Below, piece by piece: positions 37,870-49,687 of a stretch of 64,000 nucleotides of DNA. Location: contig CAWBGV010000020.1 in the NCBI GenBank assembly GCA_963788395.1, positions 69,195 through 133,194 of the forward strand, given 5' to 3'. How positions within the stretch are numbered: the stretch's first letter is position 1; each line of letters begins with the position of its first letter. Both the position numbers and the translations under genes were made by a program. The stretch is from Candidatus Doudnabacteria bacterium (GTDB lineage Bacteria > Patescibacteriota > Doudnabacteria > UBA920). The notes beneath the pieces are model-generated. The model saw only the letters and a list, made by a program, of their open reading frames with translations, did not search any database and was not told the DNA's origin.

Positions 37870-40800
37870 ATGTTATATCCACCATCGAAATTTCCGGAAG
37901 GGAGCGCAGCGATTTTAGCAGTTCGTTATTCACGCGCACGCTCGACTGAGTTTTAATGGTTTTAGCTGCCGGACCGCTCCCCACCGAAAGATAGACCTGG
38001 GCGTTGCCTGGAAAACTATGAAGGATATCTTTAATCGTATTCAGCGCGCTCATATTGGCCAAGGACTGCATGTGCAAAATTACACTCTTATTTTTTTCCA
38101 TTTCCGAAAGGGCCATTGTGTACAGTTCATCGTTTGGTAATTCTTTAATTTCCTCGGCAATCAACTTAAACTCCTCGTCTTTATCAGAAAGCCGGCCGGA
38201 GACTTGGACAATTTTGTCTGCTGCCAAATAGGGGAGAGCCGCTTCCATAGCCTTAGGAAATACCAAAACTTCAACACTGCCAGTCAAATCTTGCAGCGTA
38301 AAAAAAGCCATTGGGTCGTTTTTTTTGGTCATCGTCCGCTTGAGCCGCGAAATTATTCCGCCCATAATGACATGAGCGCCCAATTGATCCAATTTTAAAT
38401 CTTTCACGCAGGTAAATCCCTGCAGCACCTGGCGGTAATTATCGAGCGGATGAGCTGATACGTAAAAGCCTAAAATTTCTTTTTCCCACAGCAATTTTTC
38501 ATCTTTGGTCGACGGTGCAACATCGCGCAATTTTAACTTTCCGACTTGCAGCGACTTTCCAAACAAAGAATTCTGGCCGCTGTTTTCATCTTTAAAATGC
38601 TCGCGGGTAAAATCCAAAATCTCTTCCGTATTGGCCAACAGTTTGCCCCGCTCACCATAGGCGTCCAGGGCGCCCGCTTTCACCAAAGCTTCCCAAGATT
38701 TTTTATTAAGATTTTTCGTATGGGCACGAATGGAGAAAATCTTCTATAGATGAAAAGGGGGAAGATGTTTTTTTCACATCTGCCACCTTCCCCCTAAGCT
38801 CTATTATCTTGGCCACTACATCGCTTCCTAAATTTTTAATGGCATTCAATCCAAACCGGATGGTCTTCTCATCTACAACCGTAAAGTCGCCGAGCGATTC
38901 GTTAATGTCGGGCGGCAAAACTTGGATGCCCAAATTCCCGCATTCTTCCACGGCGGCGTAAATTTTATCCTCGTCGCCGCTTTCCGCGGTCATCACCGCC
39001 GCCATAAATTCCACCGGATAATTAGCCTTCATAAAGGCAGTCTGATAGCTTACCACCGCGTAAGACGCGGAATGAGATTTATTAAACCCGTAGGCCGCGA
39101 ACGGCTCGATCCAGGCCCAGACCTCCTGAGCTTTTTCGTAGCCCCAGCCGGAGGTCTTCATGCAACCGTCGATAAATTTCACCTTCTGTTTAGCCATTTC
39201 TTCCGGGATCTTTTTGCCCACAGCTTTGCGGAATTTATCCACCTCTTCCCAGGTATAACCGGCCAAGTCATGGGCAATCGTCAACAAATCGTCCTGATAA
39301 ACCAACACTCCATAAGTCCGGCTTAAAATCCGCTCCAGCGCGGGATCTAAATATTTAATCAATTTAGGATTATTCTTGCGGCTAATATAATCAGGAATAA
39401 ACTGCATTGGTCCCGGACGATACAGCGCGATCATGGCCATAACATCAAAGATCGTGTTCGGCTGCAACTCTTTCAAGTACCGAGTCATACCCGAAGATCC
39501 CATTTGGAACACGCCGAACGTCAGCCCGCGCGACAGCAATTCAAAAGTTTTAGGATCGGGATGGGGGAGATTGTAAATATCTATGGTTACCCCATGGCGG
39601 TGTTCGGCAATTTTTACCGCCCGTTCTAAAATAGATAGATTACGGATCCCCAAAAGGTCCATTTTGACCACGCCGATGGCTTTACTGTTGGCGTTGACGT
39701 CCAAAGCGTACATATCGTATTGGGTAATAATCCGCTCGCCGTCCGGTTCTTTTTGCAGGGGCATATAAGTAGTCAGCGGCTCCGGCGTAATAACAATTCC
39801 GGCCGCGTGTACCGAAGCATGGCGGGCGCCACCTTCTAATTTTTTCGCAATCGTTAAGATCCGATTAGTATCGGGATCGCGGGTATAAATTTCTTTTAGC
39901 TCAGGATTTAACTCTAAAGCTTTATCCAGCGTCATGTGGAATCCCTGTTTACCAATCGGGATCATCTTGGCGATCTGATCGCACTTACTGTAAGGCACGG
40001 CCAGGGCGCGGCCCACATCTCGGACGGCAGCTCGGGCCATCATTGTCCCAAACGTAATAATTTGGGCGACTTTGTCCTTGCCGTAGCGGGAGGTAATGTA
40101 TTCAATGGCCTCATCCCGCCGGTCATCGGCGATATCTAGGTCAATATCGGGAGGCGTGGGACGATGCATGGTTAAAAACCGTTCAAACGGCAACTCATAA
40201 TACAGCGGATCCACGTTGGTAATCCCCAAAATTTTTCCCACAATACTGCCGGCCGCGCTGCCGCGAGTGTTGGTGATCGCGCCAATATTATGCGCGCCCT
40301 GGACTAAATCGGCCACCATTAAAAAGTAGGTGTCAAAACCCTTTTTGCAAATAATATTTAATTCATAATCTATCCGCTCTAAAATTTCCTTGGGGACAAC
40401 GCCGTCTTTCCCGTACAGCGGTACCGCCTTTTCGTGGACCAGATTTTTAAGATAGTCTTGGGAATTCAAGCCGGACGGAATTTCCACACGCGGAAAATAC
40501 CGCTGGTCGAGCGCGATTTCCAGCTGGCAGCGTTCAGCAATTTTTTGAGTATTAGCTACTGCTTCCGGCAAATCGCTAAACGACTCGGCCATTTGCTCGG
40601 GAGACTTAAGCGATAGATCAAACCCCCGCAAATCCATGCGATCCGGATCCTGGACGGTTTTGCCGGTGCCAATACACAGCAAAACGTCCTGAGCTTCTTT
40701 ATCTTCGGGGTAGATATAGTGGCAATCGGCCGTGGCCACAATTGGCAAATGGTTTTTTTTGGCCAGTTCGATTAATTTTTGATTTAACGCCTGCTCGCGT

Positions 40801-41354
40801 TCTTGCCACTCCGCGGCCTGGGCGTTCCGCTGGAGCTCTATAAATAGACGGTCAGGACCAAAGATTGCCAGATATTTTTCCAAAACTTTTTGGGCTTCGG
40901 CGGCCGGTTTGCCGACCGCGGCTTTGGCGATTTCTCCCCGCTGGCAGCCAGAAAGACAAATTAATCCCGAGCCATATTGCTGCAAAACTTCTAAGTCGAT
41001 TCTTGGTTTATAATAAAACCCTTCCAGATGAGCAATCGTCGTCAGCTGCATCAAATTCTGGTAGCCTTCCAGGTTTTCTGCCAATAAGGTTAAATGAAAA
41101 TAATCGGCGTCAACTTTACCGTCCTTGTCGCGCAGGCTTCGCGGCGCGACATAGGCTTCGAGCCCGATAATTGGTCGAATGCCGCTTTCCAGGCATCTAC
41201 TATAAAACTCAATCGTGCCGTACATAACCCCATGGTCGGTAAGTGCCAGGGTTTGCATGCCCAATTCTTTAACACGTTCAACCAGCGGATCTATTTTCGA
41301 TAGTCCGTCCAACAAAGAAAAATGGCTGTGGCAATGAAGATGGGTAAATTGCAT
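37868..41354 (-). CDS. dnaE: DNA polymerase III alpha subunit DnaE (frameshift near 38695)
   Basis: PHP domain (FTHLHCHSHFSLLDG), polymerase core, and OB-fold C-terminal part in ORF 37868-38686. Confidence 0.92.
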
Positions 41355-41481
41355 GGGGAAGTTGTTAGTTGGTAGTCAGTTAAGCCTACAAACTACTCAC
41401 TACAAACTATATACTACTCTAAATATACCAAAGTTCTCCTATCTTTGCTATAATCACGGTGAGGTAAAAATCTAAAACAAA

Positions 41482-42351
41482 ATGTCTTTACTAACGGACA
41501 AAATCGAGCTGGAAGTCGAGGAAGCGGAGTTAAGCGTTCAGAAAAAATTTTCCGGCTATCCAAGCGCTTTTAAGATAATTTTAATTTGTTGTCTTATTGC
41601 GCTGATTCCGGGATATTTCATTGCTAAAGGTTTGGCCCACGGATATTGGAGAAAATATTACCAAACCTACGCCGTGGTTGCCCAGCCGTCGTTTACCAAT
41701 CCGCTGCCACCCAAAGTGGCCCAAGTGGTGGTGACCTCGACCGGCAATAATAACTTTTCGGTTATAGCCGAAATCACTAACCCCAACTTAACGCTTTCCG
41801 CCGAAAATTTGCCGGCCATCTTTACGCTTTATAACGCCGAAAAGCAAGCGGTCTATTCCCAGACCGACCCTATAGAACTTTTACCGAACAGCGATAAATT
41901 CGTGGTCGTTCCCAAAATTAATCTGGGCACGCCGATTGCTTCGGCCACCTTAACTTTTCCCACAGCCATTCAATGGGAAAATCGGCTGAATATTCCCACC
42001 GTGACCTTAACCACCTCCTTGCCTACGGGAGCCAACCAGATTAATCCGACCGAATACGTGGTTAGCGGCGATGTGACCAACCAAAGTTCATACACGCTCA
42101 GTGCCCTTGAATTAACCTTTGTACTTTATAATTCCAGTGGGCAGATTATTGGCGGCAGTTCCCGCGAAGAAGACACCGTAGCACCCAACGAACGGCGAGC
42201 TTACGTCCAAATTTGGCCGGGCATTTACAGCACCGATGTGGCTAAAATTTTTGTCCAGGCCGATACCGACGTGCTGAATCCCTCCAACCTTACCGTAAGC
42301 CCTATTCAAAACCCCGCCGCCGAACTCAGCCGCCCGACGCCCACCCCCTAA
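41482..42351 (+). CDS. Hypothetical membrane-anchored protein
   Basis: 289 aa with one N-terminal TM helix (FKIILICCLIALIPGYFIA). Beta-rich extracytoplasmic part. Precedes ftsW/rodA. Confidence 0.5.
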   Translation: MSLLTDKIELEVEEAELSVQKKFSGYPSAFKIILICCLIALIPGYFIAKGLAHGYWRKYYQTYAVVAQPSFTNPLPPKVAQVVVTSTGNNNFSVIAEITNPNLTLSAENLPAIFTLYNAEKQAVYSQTDPIELLPNSDKFVVVPKINLGTPIASATLTFPTAIQWENRLNIPTVTLTTSLPTGANQINPTEYVVSGDVTNQSSYTLSALELTFVLYNSSGQIIGGSSREEDTVAPNERRAYVQIWPGIYSTDVAKIFVQADTDVLNPSNLTVSPIQNPAAELSRPTPTP

Positions 42352-42354
42352 CTC

Positions 42355-43466
42355 ATGTTTTCCATTCGCTCTCTCTTTAGCCGTTTTAAATATGTTGACC
42401 TGCCTTTGCAAATTGGCATTTTTTTGCTGATTTTAGTCGGCTTGGCGCTGCTGTATAGTACCACCCTTTCCGATCCCAGCGCGTCTATATTTTGGAAACA
42501 GGTGATTTTTTTTGTTTTGGGACTAGCAGCGTTTATATTTTTTTCTCTGGTGGATTACCACCAACTGGCCAAAGCCAACCGCTTAGCCTACGTAGTAGCC
42601 GTACTATTGCTCTTCTACGTCCTGAGTGTTAGTACTGCCATCCGCGGGGGCAGGCGCTGGATCAGCCTGGGCGGCTTAAACTTACAAACTGCCGAATTCG
42701 TAAAAATCATTATTATCCTCGGGTTGGGCAGGTTACTGTATTTGCGCCGGGGGAGTATTAACAGTTGGACTAATATTTTTATTTCCTTTTTGTATGTCAT
42801 TATACCCGCGGGGCTCATCTTGCTCGAGCCTGACCTGGGTTCAACTATTGTTATTCTTTGCATTTGGGCCGGCGTTTTGCTTATGAGCCCAATTAATAAA
42901 AAATTTATTTTAATTTTAGTTTTGGCCTTTTGCGCCATCGGCGGCCTGACTTGGAAGTTCGGGCTAAAAAGTTTTCAGCGCGACCGGGTACTGGTATTTT
43001 TGAATCCCAATCTGGATCCTCAGGGAAAAGGGTATAACGTTCGCCAGGCCGCAATCGCAATTGGCAGCGGTGAAGCCTGGGGCAGGGGATTAGGCAAAGG
43101 CCTGCAGAGCCAGAGTAAGTTTTTACCCGAGCGCCAGACGGATTTTATTTTTGCGGCCAGCAGCGAAGAAATCGGATTCGTGGGAGATGATCGCGCTTTT
43201 AGGACTGTATTTTTTCATTTTGGCCCGCTTATTGTTGATTATGAAACGTTCCAAAGACGATTTAGGTATGTACATAACGGCCGGTGTATTTTTCTTGTTT
43301 TTTTCCCAAGTCGTCATTAATGTCGGTATGAACGTGGGGCTTTTGCCCGTTGACCGGCATCCCTTTGCCGTTTGTGAGTGCCGGTGGAAGTTCGCTTATT
43401 GGGGCGTTGATCGCGCTGGGGATCACTCAGAACATTGCCTTACAATCAAAAATTTTGAGATTTTAA
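42355..43466 (+). CDS. SEDS-family protein FtsW/RodA (frameshifts near 43150-43350)
   Basis: …ISLGGLNLQTAEFVKI…LEPDLGS…PERQTDFIFAA…EEIGF…, and the C-terminal …LLPVTGIPLPFVSAGGSS is recoverable in another frame. Confidence 0.8.
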
Positions 43467-43532
43467 ACTTTTGCGGTATAATCTAAGAATAGGGGAATGC
43501 CACACGCTCCATAACCAATTAAAGCAGACTAT

Positions 43533-43834
43533 ATGGCGGATAACCACATCGATTTAAAAAAAATTATGGAGTGGCTGGGGTTTATTTTGCGCTGCCCGGT
43601 TTGCTCCATAAATATAACGCCGACCGCATCGAAATTATAGATAGCGAGCAAAACGAAATCTCCGGCGAAGCCAAAATCTTGATCCACTCGATCCGCGTCA
43701 AGTGCAAAAGCTCGGTCATGTTTAATATCGATATTCGCGGACCAGAGGTTTATAGCGTAGGCATGGTTACGGATTTAACCAGTACCGACTCTTCGCGGTT
43801 TAAAAATAAGCGCCCAATTACGGTCAACGAATAA
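43533..43834 (+). CDS. Hypothetical small protein (C-x2-C; frameshifted)
   Basis: MADNHIDLKKIMEWLG…RCPVC joins ORF 43571-43834 after a frame change. Confidence 0.35.
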
Positions 43835-44026
43835 TCGGCATTCACAGCGCGCTTCGTAAATTTAACGGCGATTTTATCGCTACCTTCACAAAAAAATAGG
43901 CAGAGGCTTGCCAAAACCGCTTAACACTGCTATAATAAGCTTCAACAAATATTAAAGATTTTGTGAGTATTTGAAGTGGTATTACCACCTCTCCAAAGAT
44001 GGGCAAAATCTATTAAGGATAGTGTT

Positions 44027-44701
44027 ATGGATAAGATTCAAATTAAGGCTGCGGTCCGCGATTTAAAAACGAATGTTAAAAAGCTCCGCCAGCATGGACA
44101 AATTCAGGCCGTATTTGTACGGCCACAATGTCCCCACAATCCCTTTAACCATTACTCTTTCGGATTTTGAGAAGGCCTTCAAAAAAGCCGGAGAAAGTAC
44201 GATTGTTGATTTAGCAACCGAAGACGGCAAAAAGCATCCGGTTTTAATCCATGATGTTCAGGCTCACTATTTAACCACCACGCCGCTTCACGTAGATTTT
44301 TACGAAGTTAGCATGACCGAAAAGCTTAAAGCTCCGGTCAGTTTAGAATTTACCGGTGAAGCTCCGGCCGTTAAGACTCTGGGCGGCGACTGGTAAAAAT
44401 CTTAAACGAAGTCCAGGTTGAATGTTTACCGGCCGATTTGCCGCACAATCTGGTTATAGATATTTCGATTCTAAAATCGTTCCAGGATACTATTTCGGTA
44501 AAAGACATCAAGGCTCCGAGCAAAGTCACCATTATTACCTCGGGCGACGAAATGATCGCTAAAGTTCAGGCTCCGCGTGATGTGGAAGCCGAACTGACCC
44601 CGGTCGTGGAAGACGTCAGCAAAGTAGAAGGCGCGGCTGAAGACAAACCGGAAGCGGCTGCCGCTGAAGGCGAGGGAAAGACTAAGCCGGACAAAGCTTA
44701 A
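44027..44701 (+). CDS. rplY: 50S ribosomal protein L25/Ctc (at least 2 frameshifts)
   Basis: MDKIQIKAAVRDLKTNVKKLRQHGQI…PAVLYGH-like segment, then LTITLSDFEKAFKKAGESTIVDL…, then a C-terminal acidic tail, spread over three frames. Confidence 0.8.
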
Positions 44702-44708
44702 TTTTTTA

Positions 44709-44734
44709 CCCCCGCCCAAACCGCGGGGGTTTTT
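44709..44734 (+). terminator. Intrinsic terminator after rplY
   Basis: CCCCCGC-ccaaacc-GCGGGGG followed by TTTTT. Confidence 0.8.
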
Positions 44735-44748
44735 CATTTTACCCACGT

Positions 44749-45657
44749 ATGAATAAAACCTCCAGCACCATCAAAACTTTAGAGATTGCAGTAATTGGCT
44801 TCTTGCTGCTGACCTCCATCTTGTTAGCCTACAACTTGTACATCCTCTTAAGCAATCCCACCACCCCGGCGTATTTTTTGAACGCTTCAACAGTGGAAAA
44901 ACCAAAGGTTTCCGCTCAAGACCGCAAAGCCCTGCCGATTCCCGCGGGTGCTGTAAGTCGCGGTAAGGTCGTGACCGTCCCAATACTGATGTATCATCAT
45001 ATCGGAACTGCCCCAACAGGCTCCGATGCTATTCAAGTCGGTTTAACGGTCATCCTCAAAGCTTTCAGCAGCAAGTGGCGTGGCTTAAGCAGCAAGGGTA
45101 CCAATCCATTACTTTAGAAGATCTGTATTTAGCCAGCTTGGAAAGTTTGCAATCCCTAAAAAGGCGGTTATTTTTAGTTTTGACGACGGCTATGCCGATG
45201 CTTTCACCAACGGGATTCCAATCCTGCAAGCTAATGGCTTTATTGGCAGTTTTGCCGTGATTACCAATTTTCCCGGAACCACCAGCGGCTTTAATACTTA
45301 TGCCAGTTGGAGCCAACTGGCCACGGCTCAATCTGAGGGTATGGAAATTGTCTGCCATACCGAAAACCATTTTGATGGATCTAATCCAAAATTTACCGGT
45401 GATTATATTTACACAAATCTGTTAGGTTGTAAAAACGCGCTCTCCAGCCACCTGAGACTCAATACTAATGTGCTCGTCTTCCCCTATGGGCATTACACCT
45501 CCGCCTTATTTAACCCAAGCCCAAAAAATTGGCTTTAAAGTAGGAGTCACGGTTCACGAGAGCAGCTTGTAAATTAGAAGATTTAATGGAAGTCCCGCGC
45601 ATTCGGGTTAATCCTGGCGAGGATTTATCTCTGTTCATTCAAAAACTTACGGAGTAG
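44749..45657 (+). CDS. Polysaccharide deacetylase (NodB/CE4 domain), at least 3 frameshifts
   Basis: N-terminal TM helix. VPILMYHHIG, then LTFDDGYADAF (other frame), MEIVCHTENH and VLVFPYGHY. Confidence 0.7.
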
Positions 45658-45703
45658 CGATTTGAATTTCCGCGTATCTCCACCAGCCGTTAAAATCTTT
45701 ATA

Positions 45704-45737
45704 AAACTTTACCTTTCCTTGAGGTAAAGTTTTTTTT
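45704..45737. terminator. Bidirectional terminator (deacetylase gene / prmC)
   Basis: AAACTTTACCT-ttccttg-AGGTAAAGTTT followed by TTTTT. Confidence 0.75.
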
Positions 45738-45738
45738 A

Positions 45739-46610
45739 TTAGTTTTTGCAAAGATGTTTTTTCCTAGGATCAAATTCTAGATAAACTAGTCGGGGTTGGC
45801 GCTTTTTTAAGGCAATTTGTTCCAATAACCGTCGAATAAGCAATAATCCTTTTTCTTTGGCAAATAGCGCCGAGTGCGGTTCATATTTTAACCCGTCCCG
45901 GACATAGAAAAACGATTCCTAAAGCCCTGCCAACCATAGGAAAGGTTGGCAATAATAATATCAAAATCGCCCGGGACGTTTTTGAGCAAATTAGAATGAT
46001 AAAAACGAAACTTGGGCGATCCTGGGCTAAGGAGGCGGCGAGCGTTGCTTTTGGCTACGTTTAAAGCCTTTTTTGAGACATCAGAACCGGCCAATTCCAC
46101 TCCATAAGGGGACCTGGGTACCTTTCTGGCCAGGGTATGAGCCAAGCTGACAATTATAGCCCCGGAACCAGTCCCAACATCGAGAATCCGAAGCAATGAA
46201 GCATGAAACATGAAACTTGAAGCATCCATAGCATGCTCCTTGCTCGATGCTTCATGCTTCATTTTTAAAACTTCATGCCCTATTTTCACCACCCATTCTG
46301 TCTCCGGGCGGGGGATTAAGACATTTTTATTTACGCTAAAACGTAAACCATAAAAATCCTTATATCCCAAAACATACGACATCGGCTCACCCCGAGCCCG
46401 TCTTTTAACTAAGGCTGATACACTGATTTGCTGATTAGCTGACAAGCTAGCTTCCGGGTGCAAAAACAAAAACTCCTTCGGCTTTTTTAACACATGCGCC
46501 AAAAGGAGTTCTGTTTCCAGCTCTGGATACTTAGCAATTATATCTTTGATAGTAACTTTTTTCAATCCCGTCAATTCTCTGCAATTTTGCCCAATTCTGG
46601 TCAATGACAT
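45739..46610 (-). CDS. prmC: Release-factor glutamine methyltransferase PrmC/HemK (frameshift near 45900)
   Basis: LIPRPETE…ILDVGTGSGAI…IIIANLSY. The C-terminal part …KYEPHSALFAKEKGLLLIRRLLEQ is in another frame. Confidence 0.8.
46196..46263. repeat. Palindromic GAAGCAT-rich segment inside prmC
   Basis: AATGAAGCATGAA (46196-208) is the exact reverse complement of TTCATGCTTCATT (46251-263). There is also an inner GAAGCATC/GATGCTTC pair. It stays in frame (…MKHEASSKEHAMDASSFMFHAS…). Confidence 0.7.
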
Positions 46611-46617
46611 TAATTTT

Positions 46618-47668
46618 TTAAAGCTTCTTTCTTAAAGCTGCCAAATCCGCTCTTTGCAAAGCCGCGGTAATCTCTCCGAACTTTCCTTCCATAATCAAAT
46701 TAATCTGGTTAAAATTCTGATTGATTCGATGGTCGGTAACGCGGTCTTGCGGGAAGTTATAGGTTCTGATCTTTTCGTACTGGTCGCCGGTACCGATTTG
46801 GGATTTAGTCAGGTCGCGAACTTTTTTACTTTCAATGTCCGCAGAATACGCGGCTACGCGGGCGCGAATTACGTCCATGGCTTTTTCTTTGTTTTGCATA
46901 AAACTCCGCTCGTCCTGACACTGGGCAGTGATTCCCGTAGGGATGTGTAGGATCCGGACTGCCGAATAGGTGGTATTAACGGATTGGCCGCCATGCCCAC
47001 TGGAAGTCGTGGCTTCTATTTTTAGATCATTCGGATTAATAGTGTAATCTTTTTCTTCAAGCTTAGGTAACACCGCCACGGTAATGGTGGAAGTATGCAC
47101 ACGTCCGCTTTTTTCCGTCTCCGGCACGCGCTGAACACGATGAACGCCGGATTCATATTTAAAAATAGCATAGGCGCCGGTTCCGTGGACTTCAAAAATT
47201 ACTTCTTTAAACCCGCCCGCGTCTGACCGGGAAGAAGACACAATATGAGGCTTAAAGTGGTTTTCTTCCGCGTATTTACCTAAGGCTCTGAACATTTCCG
47301 CCGCGAACAACGTGGCTTCATCGCCGCCGGCTCCGGCGCGAATTTCTGATAATCGCGTCTTTATCGTCGTTTGGATCCCTCGGCAACAAATCTTCTTCAA
47401 TCCCGCTCTTCAAATTCAAAATTTCCACTTCCAGCCGCCGCCCTTCGTCTAAAGCCATAGACCGGATTTCCGGATCGTTATCAGTTATCAATTTATTGTT
47501 ATCAGTAAGTTGTTCTTCCAGTTTCTCCAACCGTTGAATTTTTTCCACCGTCGGCAGCAACTCCGATTGCCTGCGCCCCAGTTTGGCAATATCAACACTG
47601 CCTCCGGAAGAAAGCTCCGTGGTTAAAGCATTGTATTCATCGAGAAGTTTTTTGTAGGAAGAGTCCAT
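46618..47668 (-). CDS. prfA: Peptide chain release factor 1 (frameshift near 47335)
   Basis: GGQ motif (SGHGGQSVNTT). An RF1-type P-x-T tripeptide (QRVPETEKSGRVHTS). The junction …DAII|EIRAGAGGDEA is interrupted by one extra base. Confidence 0.88.
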
Positions 47669-47730
47669 AAATAGTGAATAGCGATTAGCGAATAGGCAAT
47701 AATACGGGGGGTTCTGTTCACTATTGCGTA
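47669..47730. repeat. Intergenic hairpin carrying the AGCGAATAGGCAATA 15-mer (also at 28373-28387)
   Basis: AATAGTGAA (47671-79) pairs with TTCACTATT (47718-26). The 15-mer lies at 47687-47701, 19 nt upstream of the prfA start. Confidence 0.65.
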
Positions 47731-47812
47731 TTAGCTATTTGCTCTACGAACCTTAACACAAAACCACCCCCAAATACACGGGGATGGTTTTTTGGATATG
47801 CTTAAAAGATAG

Positions 47813-48072
47813 CTATTTTTTAGTTCTAGCTTTGCGTTCTTTTTTAGGCTTAGCCGTCGATTTAATCTGGCTGGCGGTGGCGATGCGCTTTTTAAAGCGA
47901 TCGACATTACCGGCAGTATCGAGCAGTTTTTGCTTGCCGGTGTAGAACGGGTGGCACTGGCTGCAAATTTCGGTATGATCTTTGACCGTCGAACCGGGGC
48001 AGTAAACGTACTGCCGCAAGCGCAAGTGACAGTGGCATCAACGAAATATTGAGGGTGAATTGTAGGTTTCAT
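47813..48072 (-). CDS. rpmE: 50S ribosomal protein L31 (frameshift near 48010)
   Basis: [20 protein letters not shown]… then …[36 protein letters not shown] in a second frame. Confidence 0.85.
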
Positions 48073-48278
48073 AAATATGAAGCTTATTGATTAGCATTAC
48101 ATTCGCATATAGGCATTATCCCTGTGAATTATTATACCCCTCCTTGCCTTTTTCGTCAAGAGTTGCTATAATTGCACTACTTATCAATAATCTAACATAT
48201 TCCGCAGTTATCCTCGCCGAAAAGGCGCGCGGAATAGACGGTTTGGCTCCTACGGAGCCGAACAAGAAGGACAAAACT

Positions 48279-49014
48279 ATGCGAGATATCACTCTTTTGG
48301 AGTTGCTCAAAAGCGGCGCTCATTTTGGCCACACCACCAGCCGGTGGAACCCAAAAATGAAGCCGTATATTTTTACTGTCCGGAACAACATCCATATTTT
48401 GGATTTGGAACAGACTAAAAAGTACGCTGGATCAAAAGCGGCATAAATTTGCCGGCGAAATTTCCAGTAAGGGCGGCACGATTTTGTTTATTGGCACTAA
48501 ACGCCAATCGAAAGAAATCGTCAAGAAAGCGGCTTTTGGCCTGCGGCATGCCGTTCTATTAACGTCCGCTGGTTGGGCGGCACCTTTACCAACTACCGCA
48601 CTATTCAGCGCACCATCAGAAAAATTAGAACGCCTGGAAAATTTGAAGGCCAGCGGTGAACTCCAGACCAAGTACACTAAAAAAGAACGCCTGCTCATGG
48701 AGCGCGAAATCGAGAAGCTTAAAAAATTGTTCGAAGGCATTCAAAACATGCGCAAGTTGCCGGAAGCGATTTTTGTGACCGACGTTAAACACGATGACAT
48801 CGCCATAAAGGAAGCTCAAAAAAGCAAAATTAAGATTATCGGCTTGGTAGACACCAACAGCAACCCGGACGGCATTGACTACCTGATTCCCTGTAACGAC
48901 GACGCGACCAAAGCGGTAGAACTGGTTTGCGGCGTCATCGCCGATGCCATCAATGAAAGTAAAACAGCCGCGCCGGTGGCAATTCCGGCGGAAGCTAAAC
49001 CGCAAATTGCCTAA
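48279..49014 (+). CDS. rpsB: 30S ribosomal protein S2 (at least 2 frameshifts)
   Basis: [32 protein letters not shown]…, then …[15 protein letters not shown]…, then …[29 protein letters not shown]. Confidence 0.88.
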
Positions 49015-49043
49015 AATCTTATAAACAAACTATATCTAAATAT

Positions 49044-49625
49044 ATGACACACGATCTTATCAAAGAACTGCGGGAATTGACTGGCGCAGGAATGATGGAC
49101 ATTAAAGAGGCTCTGACCGAGACCGGAAACGATAAAGACAAAGCCGTGGAATTTTTGCGCAAAAAAGGCGCTTTAAAACTGGGGAAAAAATCCGACCGGG
49201 CGACTAAAGAAGGCATGATTGAAAGCTATATTCATCCTGGTAATCGGATTGGGGCTCTGGTAGAATTAAACTGTGAGACGGATTTTGTAGCCCGCACCGA
49301 AGACTTTAAGCATCTGGCTAAAGATTTAGCGCTGCACATTGCCGCGGCCAACCCGCTGTATATTTCTTCGGCTGACGTGCCGCCGGAAGTAATTGAAAAA
49401 GAAAAAGAAATTTACAAAGAACAGGCCAAAGGTAAACCGGAAGATGTTATCAACAAGATGTTGGAAGGGAAGCTGGTTAAATTTTACGAGGAGGTCTGCC
49501 TGCTGGAACAGCCGTACGTAAAAAATCCCGACGTCAAAATTAAAGACTATATTGCTCAAGCTGTGGCCAAGATGGGGGAGAACGTTCAAGTCCGCCGCTT
49601 TTCGCGTTTTGTTCTGGGAAATTAA
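49044..49625 (+). CDS. tsf: Translation elongation factor Ts (short form)
   Basis: LIKELRELTGAGMMDIKEALTETGNDKDKAVEFLRKKG (UBA-like domain) …LVELNCETDFVART. Confidence 0.9.
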   Translation: MTHDLIKELRELTGAGMMDIKEALTETGNDKDKAVEFLRKKGALKLGKKSDRATKEGMIESYIHPGNRIGALVELNCETDFVARTEDFKHLAKDLALHIAAANPLYISSADVPPEVIEKEKEIYKEQAKGKPEDVINKMLEGKLVKFYEEVCLLEQPYVKNPDVKIKDYIAQAVAKMGENVQVRRFSRFVLGN

Positions 49626-49687
49626 ATAACAACGCTCCGATACCTGATTGCGGCATCCTCGCTCTCTGTGTATCCGCGATCATTTTT

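Noticed and set aside
46618-47668. Programmed +1 frameshift in a release-factor gene
   Set aside because: The protein is RF1-type (P-x-T context, GGQ), not RF2. The shift is about 100 codons in and is caused by a single extra base. There is no CUU-UGA-type shifty stop or upstream SD. It is consistent with the window-wide indel errors.
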